From positions 128,251 to 192,250 of the forward strand of contig JAEOTP010000012.1 of NCBI GenBank assembly GCA_016839765.1: 64,000 nt of DNA. The letters run 5' to 3'. The DNA comes from Promethearchaeota archaeon (GTDB taxonomy: Archaea > Asgardarchaeota > Lokiarchaeia > Sigyniarchaeales > SOKP01). Positions 30,901-37,115 of the stretch are shown here, one piece after another. Position numbers and translations under genes: made by a program. The notes beneath the pieces were generated by a model. That model saw nothing but the letters and a program-made list of their open reading frames with translations. It did not search any database and was not told the origin of the DNA. Each line of letters begins with the position of its first letter. The first letter of the stretch is position 1.

Positions 30901-31770
30901 AGAAGATTTTTCTAGTAATCTCAATCCCCTATCAAGATATTCTCTTTGCTCAGTTTCATCTTCAATAAGATTAATGGCAAGGTGACTATTTACGTTGCCT
31001 AAAATCATACAAGTCATTGCAAAAGCTTCCAAATTATCATATTTCTCAACAAATTCTAAGATTTTATTGCATCTTAATAAAAAATCTTTAAAATATTCTC
31101 TATAACGCTCGTCCCATCTAAATGGTTGCAAATAATTTCTGCCAATGTTCATATAATACTCACAATATATTGATTCAGCGAGAGATTGAACATTTTTGAA
31201 TTTCTTTGCAAGATTTTGAGCTTTCAGAGCTAAACCTATATTTTTTTCGAATAAATCTGCGACTTCTATAAAATCACTAAAAAAATATCCTCCTGCTACA
31301 GAAACATAAAGGGCACGACTTAATATCCTAACGAAATGTTCTTGTTCACCTTTCTTAGAATATTCTTCACTTGATTCAATGAAAAGATCATAAGAATTTA
31401 CATAGCTCTCTTTTGCTTCTTCGATGGAACTTGCAATAATCCCACTGAAATATTTAACTTCTGCTTTGCATTCTAATTTCTTAGGTATATTTCCAATTTG
31501 TTCAAAGATATTCGCTGCATCTGTATAAGCTTTTATAGTTTGTCTAATATATTCTACTAACTTTTCAGATGTTTTTACAGTGAACGCCGCGTGTGAAAAT
31601 GCATATCCAAGTTTACTATAAGTTTCAGCAACTTTTTCCAGTAGATTTTTTTTCAAATAACTATTAGCAACTTGCTTGTAAAATTTAGCTGCTTCTAACC
31701 AATTGTAAGATTTTTCTTCTGCTAGTGCCTTCTCCAATAAATCCTCTTCTTCTTGTTTTATTCCAGTCAT
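27937..31770 (-). CDS. TPR/alpha-solenoid protein with C-terminal carbon-nitrogen hydrolase domain (copy 3)
   Basis: Collinear paralog with IFPEMT, QEKHIPA, ICRDF and the shared terminus FIQSTR(S). Confidence 0.8.
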   Translation of the reverse strand: MTGIKQEEEDLLEKALAEEKSYNWLEAAKFYKQVANSYLKKNLLEKVAETYSKLGYAFSHAAFTVKTSEKLVEYIRQTIKAYTDAANIFEQIGNIPKKLECKAEVKYFSGIIASSIEEAKESYVNSYDLFIESSEEYSKKGEQEHFVRILSRALYVSVAGGYFFSDFIEVADLFEKNIGLALKAQNLAKKFKNVQSLAESIYCEYYMNIGRNYLQPFRWDERYREYFKDFLLRCNKILEFVEKYDNLEAFAMTCMILGNVNSHLAINLIEDETEQREYLDRGLRLLEKSSTLARKLKNISLINESIYWLIMWAMLGGRVKYAQRRISIDLEKFIEIKEIIKDTYTLWRSRAYTLLGAYYANNAQRSYFTSDKRKSYAEKAIEYAKKNLTILILPFLSDSYVALTYSYSQLSILAGSKDKQKEYAQKMLEYAKQAEKVAEKYEGGYVRAYGYNSLYRAYKTLADITQDEENKIEFLAAAIDASEKYVEHSNESRTGIITAQIRLGLLYEDFGILTKQNDILIKTKDLFLQVAKESEKRGYQSYTAATFEYLARIEDRLGNHTASANYYEMAQKAHAESLKNVEYKPLIKRINEKLNYVKAWSLIEIAKVNHKSENHQKAKESYISACEILKNLPSFNYEANYYSAWASQEIAEQLSKQEKHEEAIEQYNNTIETFEKAIKSLEQYLDKSKDKMEIDRIDKLMKVARLRTSYCSARINVEKARIIGKQGEHVTAAELFASAASQFRYVCNLFKTEKERIELEAVYYLCRAWESMELAEKYEDHDRFSESADLFIKASNLFTDSKLKLLASGNSSFCQALKLGCEFDETYEAEIKAQLYPKIKSMLRTAASSYEKGGFKNGGDWALATSTYFDAVWHLIRADEELEISNKKNLLDIGANYLKSAAELFSKAGYKDKENEVLGRLERLEQEEKILVSALNTIKKPAISSSTTGIIAPACSLETSQSPRLGEVYQFTEEERRVIGEKITKKKYRITYRDLLKEYPRVQKRECRVGIAQIGISETGDLLSEFYEMRNSGLLSLREVKVEYLRSKVKNMIENAQKEGINLLIFPEMTVDLNYGDILEVISDFAKLYEMYIIPGSFHDQETKRNIAMVFGPEGILWKQEKHIPATIRLKGTEFREGIEVGDLPRNVIVCNTEYGRIAVIICRDFLDMDLRVELKNFEPAVDIIINPAFTPVTADFKAAHFDARRSIYAYCFFANVAEFGESLIYTPEKDRTERIIPTKEEGLIYKDVNLFKLRSERKKWEKQQNKEVHFIQSTRS

Positions 31771-31794
31771 ATGAGAAGTTAATTATAATTTATA

Positions 31795-31875
31795 TTAGCT
31801 AGGGCTTTTTAAGACAATTACTTTCGGATTGCCCAAAACCTTTAATGTCACTTCATTCTCATGTTGAGATTCCAT
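31795..31875 (-). CDS. Possible 26-aa small ORF upstream of the TPR-nitrilase array
   Basis: MESQHENEVTLKVLGNPKVIVLKSPS*, preceded by GGGTGA. Short, so it could be a chance ORF. Confidence 0.3.
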   Translation of the reverse strand: MESQHENEVTLKVLGNPKVIVLKSPS

Positions 31876-31999
31876 TATTTTCACCCTATTAATGTTAAAA
31901 ATATTTAAATTTAAGATAATTCTATTTTCCCGATTTATAATCTTTACTCTTCAAGATTATGTTTGAAATAAAAATGTATGTTGTATTATAACTTATTTT

Positions 32000-32149
32000 T
32001 TATCCAAGATGCTTTTTATTATCTTTACTTAGATTATAATAAATTATTTTATCATTAGGTGGTTTTTGCTCAGGAATTTCTTTCACTTCAACATCTAAGA
32101 TTTCTGGTTGATGATTTTTGCGGTTAATTTTATCTTTTTTCTCGTTCAC
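32000..32149 (-). CDS. 49-aa small ORF or gene remnant
   Basis: GTG start after GTGATT; (M)NEKKDKINRKNHQPEILDVEVKEIPEQKPPNDKIIYYNLSKDNKKHLG*. Confidence 0.4.
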   Translation of the reverse strand: MNEKKDKINRKNHQPEILDVEVKEIPEQKPPNDKIIYYNLSKDNKKHLG

Positions 32150-32376
32150 TTATTTAATCACAATAGAAATTTTATTTTAATTTATTATTTATTTCAAGTC
32201 TTGTCACAAACACTTTAATTAATTCTAATATCATTTATTAAATTAATTACAAATGTGTAGATAGAGAAATATAAAATTTTTTTTGACAAGATAGAAATTA
32301 TAAATATTATTGAAGAGATATTAATGGTTTCAATTTTAGATAATAATAATGGTTAATAGAAATTAGGGCAGGAATT

Positions 32377-32868
32377 ATGGCTATTAATAAGGATTATGTA
32401 TACCCAGTATATATCTATCTAAACGTTTTAAATGATATTAAAGATCTCTGTAAAAATTATGAAAATGAAATATTTGGTTATCTAATTGGATTGATATTCA
32501 AATGGAAAGAACAAATCTATATTGTTATAGAAGATAAAATATTTATTGAAGGAACATTCCATAGCCATAAGATGTCAACCGCTCAAATTGAAGGAACAGC
32601 AGGAGAATATGATAAAGAATTTCAAAGATTAAAAAAAAATGAAAAAAACAAGAATTTGAGGGTTGTTGGCTGGTGGCATTCTCATCCCGATTTAGGTTGT
32701 TTTTTGTCCCCAACTGATTTGCGTACTCAACAACACTTTTTTCCTGAAAGTTATCAAGTTGCATTAGTTATAGATCCTATCAGAGACACCTACGACTTTT
32801 TCACATTAGATATATCTTCTAATAAAAAATACAAAACTATTAGCAGTGCAGTTATATCTAAAATTTAA
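32377..32868 (+). CDS. JAB/MPN+ (JAMM) metallo-isopeptidase, Rpn11-like
   Basis: EIFGYLIG, VVGWWHSHPDLGCFLSPTD (complete JAMM motif), VALVIDP. Confidence 0.93.
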   Translation: MAINKDYVYPVYIYLNVLNDIKDLCKNYENEIFGYLIGLIFKWKEQIYIVIEDKIFIEGTFHSHKMSTAQIEGTAGEYDKEFQRLKKNEKNKNLRVVGWWHSHPDLGCFLSPTDLRTQQHFFPESYQVALVIDPIRDTYDFFTLDISSNKKYKTISSAVISKI

Positions 32869-32900
32869 ATGATATAAATTGAAAATGTTAGAGAAAAAGT

Positions 32901-33776
32901 ATGAATAAGAAAAAGGAAGAGCAAGAGATTAAAATCATAGGGAAAGATTCCATCGATTCAGATAAATATGATCGCCAGAAACGAATTAAAGGTTGGGATC
33001 AAGATAAGATTTCTAATGCTAGGATAATGGTAATTGGTGCTGGAGCTACAGGGAATGAACTTGTAAAAAATTTAGTTTTAACAGGGATAGGTAAAATCTA
33101 CCTGATTGATTATGATTTTATAGACACATCTAATTTAAATCGTTGTATTTTTTTTAATGAAAAAACTGCGAAAAAGAAAGAATACAAAGTTGATATTATT
33201 AAACAAGCTTCTCAGATTCTAAATCCGGATGTTGAAATTTTAGCCATCAAAAAAGAATTGAATAAAATAGATAAGAGCCTTTATAAGCAATGTGATGTTA
33301 TCTGCTCTTGTTTGGATAACATTGAAGCTCGAATTGAGGCAAACAATTATGCTTACTATTATAATACTCCATTTATTGACTCTGGAATTGATGGTCATTT
33401 TGGAACTATCCAAGCAGTCTACTCTGAAGTAAAAGAAGCTGCTTGTCTACAGTGTGGAATTTCTAACAGCGATTTAGATTTAATGTGGAAAAAATTTTCC
33501 TGTACAGGGCAAGAAATTGATTCTGAAAATGGTGAAACAACAAGAAAAATAGCTACTGTTATTACAACAACATCAATAATTGGAGGGATTCAATCCCAGC
33601 AAGTCATAAAATTTATACTTGGTACCGATTACTTTAATAAGAAAAATACTTGGGACAAAAAAATAGGTGAACCTTTAATTGGGAAACAATTAACTTATAA
33701 TGGTCTTACAAATAAATTTAATATTATTGAGAAAATAAAAGATCCTAATTGTTGGATATGTTCATATAAAAAATAA
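32901..33776 (+). CDS. Ubiquitin-activating E1-like enzyme (ThiF/UBA)
   Basis: YDRQ, IGAGATG, DYDFIDTSNLNR, CLDN, CLQC, putative catalytic FSCT, terminal CWIC. Confidence 0.92.
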   Translation: MNKKKEEQEIKIIGKDSIDSDKYDRQKRIKGWDQDKISNARIMVIGAGATGNELVKNLVLTGIGKIYLIDYDFIDTSNLNRCIFFNEKTAKKKEYKVDIIKQASQILNPDVEILAIKKELNKIDKSLYKQCDVICSCLDNIEARIEANNYAYYYNTPFIDSGIDGHFGTIQAVYSEVKEAACLQCGISNSDLDLMWKKFSCTGQEIDSENGETTRKIATVITTTSIIGGIQSQQVIKFILGTDYFNKKNTWDKKIGEPLIGKQLTYNGLTNKFNIIEKIKDPNCWICSYKK

Positions 33777-33826
33777 AATAAATTCCTACAAATTTAAATA
33801 AATTAAAGTTGTGATTATGATTAAAT

Positions 33827-34387
33827 ATGCCTGAATTACCACTCGAAATTTGGAAGGATCGAATAAATAACGAGATAAAAAGTTTAGAAAGACTCAAGAT
33901 TATTGAAAAAGATTCAATAATTTGGCAAGAAAATAATGTAGAGTTCTTAATTATACTAAATGCATTAGGATTTATTCGAGAAATAGAAAACCCTCAAAAT
34001 CTATTACCTAAAACATCCCATCGAATCCTTTTCAAACTAAATCGGTCTTTTCCCTATCCTGGCGGTATAGATTTTGCTTGGTATTCTAATATTTTTCATC
34101 CTAATATTCATCCTGTTGAATTACCCAATTCTATAGATCCAGGCACAGGTTATATTTGTTTAAATATTTTAAAACAATGGTCGAGATTGTCTGATCTAGA
34201 AACTACTGTGAAAGCATTAGAAAAATTATTAGAAGATCCAAATCCAGATGACCCTCTGAACTATAATTCATGCTTAGAAGCAGCAGAATTTTTTAAAAAA
34301 GTAGATCTTGAAACTTTAAAAAGCCAATATCATAATAGAGAATTGAAGGATGAAGACGATAAAGATATAATCATAATTGATGATTAA
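33827..34387 (+). CDS. Ubiquitin-conjugating E2 (UBC fold)
   Basis: RINNEI, FPYP, IFHPNI, GYICLNILKQWS (catalytic Cys), LLEDPNPDDPLN. Confidence 0.92.
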   Translation: MPELPLEIWKDRINNEIKSLERLKIIEKDSIIWQENNVEFLIILNALGFIREIENPQNLLPKTSHRILFKLNRSFPYPGGIDFAWYSNIFHPNIHPVELPNSIDPGTGYICLNILKQWSRLSDLETTVKALEKLLEDPNPDDPLNYNSCLEAAEFFKKVDLETLKSQYHNRELKDEDDKDIIIIDD

Positions 34388-34389
34388 AT

Positions 34390-34653
34390 CTAATAAGAAT
34401 ATCCACCAATAACTCTAGCCCACAAAGCTAATTTATCACTTTCTTTTAGTCCAAACTTATGGATAGCTTCTTCAATCGTTATGGCATTTGGTAATTCTTT
34501 ATCATGAAGCACTAAGATATATGACCGTTGCTCCACACTAATAATACCCATATGCTTTATAACAATATCGATAATACGTTCAATTTGGTGATGCTCTTTA
34601 ACATCAAGTTTTATTAATTTACCTGTTCTAGTATCTTCTACTGATAACCTCAT
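34390..34653 (-). CDS. Ubiquitin-like modifier precursor (GG followed by YSY)
   Basis: 87 aa with a beta-grasp pattern, ending GLKESDKLALWARVIGG-YSY. Its stop lies 2 bp from the E2 stop. Confidence 0.85.
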   Translation of the reverse strand: MRLSVEDTRTGKLIKLDVKEHHQIERIIDIVIKHMGIISVEQRSYILVLHDKELPNAITIEEAIHKFGLKESDKLALWARVIGGYSY

Positions 34654-34760
34654 GGAATTTTTACCTACTTATCTAAGTTTTTAATAACTAACTGAATTTC
34701 AATAGTTTTATATTAATAATTTAGACACTTTGCCTATTTAATATTGTTTTGAAAATCTTA

Positions 34761-35042
34761 TTAACTCGGAGGACTCGTTTTTGGAAATAGCTTTTTATAT
34801 TGCTCCTTCAAATCTTTCTTAAATGGTTTAATTGGTTTTGATTCATCTAAAGGTTTACTACATACTCAACATCTATTCTCTAAATTACTTAATTCTTCAG
34901 AACATTTTAAACAATATAGTGCACCACATTTGGGGCATATATGATTAATTTTTGACACTTTATATTTACATACTAAACAGATTCTTTGTTCTCGAAAAAA
35001 AGTCACTTCTTCCTCAGTAATACTTTGATAATATACGTACAA
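34761..35042 (-). pseudogene. Cys8 RING-like zinc-finger frame interrupted by an in-frame TGA (34866-34868)
   Basis: Manual translation: LYVYYQSITEEEVTFFREQRICLVCKYKVSKINHICPKCGALYCLKCSEELSNLENRC*VCSKPLDESKPIKPFKKDLKEQYKKLFPKTSPPS*. Confidence 0.75.
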
Positions 35043-35217
35043 TTTTGTATATAAATATGATCACAAAAAAACGATGAAATACGATCATACCAAAAATAAA
35101 GCTAATTCATCATAAATATTCTTAAAAGATAAATCAAACAAAAAAATCAAAAATTAAATTATAAAAAAGTTATTAAATTAGTAAGTACATAATCTAAAAT
35201 TTTAGTTGTTTCAGTCC

Positions 35218-35610
35218 ATGCCCGATTCCGACGAAAATAAACTCATTGTTAAGTTAGTTAAATGTTCTCGTTGCGGGAATCCCTATATGATTAAAAAAGG
35301 AGGGAAAGAATCGGGAAAATTGATCTGTGAAAACTGTATTAAATTAGAGCAAAGAAAAAAGCAACTTGCCAATTCAGTTATAGGGTCTCAAAAGAAAATA
35401 GAAATCTCTATTGAAAAAATTAAAAATGAATTGAAACTAGCAAAATCACAATATAGAAAGGATTTATATAAGGAAAAGATTAAGAAACGATCAGAAACTT
35501 TAACGAAATCTGTTGAACTTTTACAAAAAATTAGAGACACTGAAGATGAAAAATATATTGATGAATACAAAAAATTATTTGAAAAATTGAAGCAAAATTC
35601 TTATGATTAA
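35218..35610 (+). CDS. Zn-ribbon plus coiled-coil protein
   Basis: CSRC...CENC followed by a K/E-rich coiled coil. ATG at 35218. Confidence 0.7.
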   Translation: MPDSDENKLIVKLVKCSRCGNPYMIKKGGKESGKLICENCIKLEQRKKQLANSVIGSQKKIEISIEKIKNELKLAKSQYRKDLYKEKIKKRSETLTKSVELLQKIRDTEDEKYIDEYKKLFEKLKQNSYD

Positions 35611-35705
35611 GCTTATAGTTTTTTAAATTTGAAAGCAGTATTCAATATTCTTTTTTTGGTTCTTCTTCTAACTCACATAAAAAGCTTTAGATTTCATATT
35701 TAACT

Positions 35706-36443
35706 TTAAATTTTGCGTAAATGATAACTAAAAATGGGTATAAACAAGAAATATTTTTCTGAATCGATACTATTCCTCATTAAATTTATATCAAATTGTT
35801 TTGGATTTAAATTTTCTTCATAGAAATCAATTTTTTTATGTAAATTTACTCTATCTATATTAGGAATCCAAGGGAGACTAGTACAATAATGCTCTATTAC
35901 TTTAAACTGATTTGTGAAATATTGGTTTAATTTTCTTCCTATAGCAGGGTCTCCACCCAGATTTTTAATATTATACATTATTTCTTTTTTCAGATTAGTA
36001 TCAGGGTATTCAATTAATCCCCCAAAGTCTGGTTCTCCTAAAATCAAGAATATGCCATCATTGGTTAAAAGTCTATGAATTTCTGATATGGATTTTTTCA
36101 AATCCCTTATCCATAGGAAGGTAAAATAGGAAATGATAACATCAAACATCTCATCCTCAAAAGAATTATTTGATATATCCATCACCATTAATTTTGCATT
36201 AACCATATTCTTTTCAAGGTTTACTCTTGCATATTCAATTTTTATTGCATCATTATCTATACCATATAATTTTAAGTCATACATGACTCCAATTTCTTTA
36301 AGTAGTTCACCAGTAACGCACCCTACTTCTAATAAATTCTTCTTCTGAGCAAGATTTGCCTTGCTATATAAATTATCGCGCAACTCAGCTGTCCATCTTA
36401 ACCTTTCATCGAACTCAAACTCCCATTTCATCACTAAAACCAC
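35706..36443 (-). CDS. Class I SAM-dependent methyltransferase
   Basis: Motif I LLEVGCVTG (G to V variant), GID, FDVI, EIHRLL, EPD. Confidence 0.82.
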   Translation of the reverse strand: MVLVMKWEFEFDERLRWTAELRDNLYSKANLAQKKNLLEVGCVTGELLKEIGVMYDLKLYGIDNDAIKIEYARVNLEKNMVNAKLMVMDISNNSFEDEMFDVIISYFTFLWIRDLKKSISEIHRLLTNDGIFLILGEPDFGGLIEYPDTNLKKEIMYNIKNLGGDPAIGRKLNQYFTNQFKVIEHYCTSLPWIPNIDRVNLHKKIDFYEENLNPKQFDINLMRNSIDSEKYFLFIPIFSYHLRKI

Positions 36444-36678
36444 ATTTTTCGTACAATTAATTAGTTAATACAATTTTATCAAGAATTTTTAGATCGTAAA
36501 AATTTCCTTACATTTCACTTCGCTTTATTAATTTGAAGAAAAATAACCTTAAAAAATTAAGTAGTACACGGTTTAAAATTCAAATACGAATTATTTTAGT
36601 ATTATTTTTAAACAATCTATATTTCTAATTTAATTAAGTTGAATGTATTAATTATAATTATTTTCTAATTCTAAAACT

Positions 36679-37092
36679 ATGTCGATAAATCAGATTTCAG
36701 TTTTTCTTCCTAATAAACCGGGAGAGCTTGCCGAATTTTTTGAGGTATTAATGGATAATAAAATTTATATTAGATCTCTTACAGTGGCAGAAACAGAAGA
36801 TTATGGTCTATTATTACTTCTAGTTGATCAATTTGAAGAATGTATTAAAATTTTAGAAGAAAGAAAACTCCTATATTCAGTTACTGAGGTGGTAGCTGTT
36901 AGACTTTCTGATAATATTGCAGCATTATATAAAATTGCTAAACTCTTTGGTTCAAATAATGTAAATATTGAATATCTTTATACGAGTATAATTGATGACC
37001 AACCATTAATAATATTCAGACTAGATGACAATGAAAATGGAATCGAAGTCCTTAAACAAAATGGTTATCAAGTGGTTAAGGAATTATCATAA
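36679..37092 (+). CDS. Tandem ACT-domain protein
   Basis: QISVFLPNKPGEL, ETEDYG, NVNIEYLY. Confidence 0.85.
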   Translation: MSINQISVFLPNKPGELAEFFEVLMDNKIYIRSLTVAETEDYGLLLLLVDQFEECIKILEERKLLYSVTEVVAVRLSDNIAALYKIAKLFGSNNVNIEYLYTSIIDDQPLIIFRLDDNENGIEVLKQNGYQVVKELS

Positions 37093-37115
37093 TTATCGTT
37101 CAATAAAAATTAAAA

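Noticed and set aside
20004-31770. Diversity-generating retroelement acting on the paralog array
   Set aside because: There is no reverse transcriptase and no template/variable repeat pair with adenine-specific differences. The C-termini are the conserved part, not the variable part.
31990-32400. Invertible segment that swaps the JAB N-terminus
   Set aside because: I found no flanking inverted repeats and no recombinase in the window.
34866-34868. In-frame TGA read as selenocysteine
   Set aside because: The TGA falls at a non-ligand position within CxxC where Trp is expected. It is one base from TGG, and I saw no convincing SECIS-like hairpin downstream.
36306-36335. Methyltransferase motif I variant GCVTG as evidence of inactivation
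   Set aside because: A single substitution at a partly tolerant position in an otherwise intact ORF is not enough to call.
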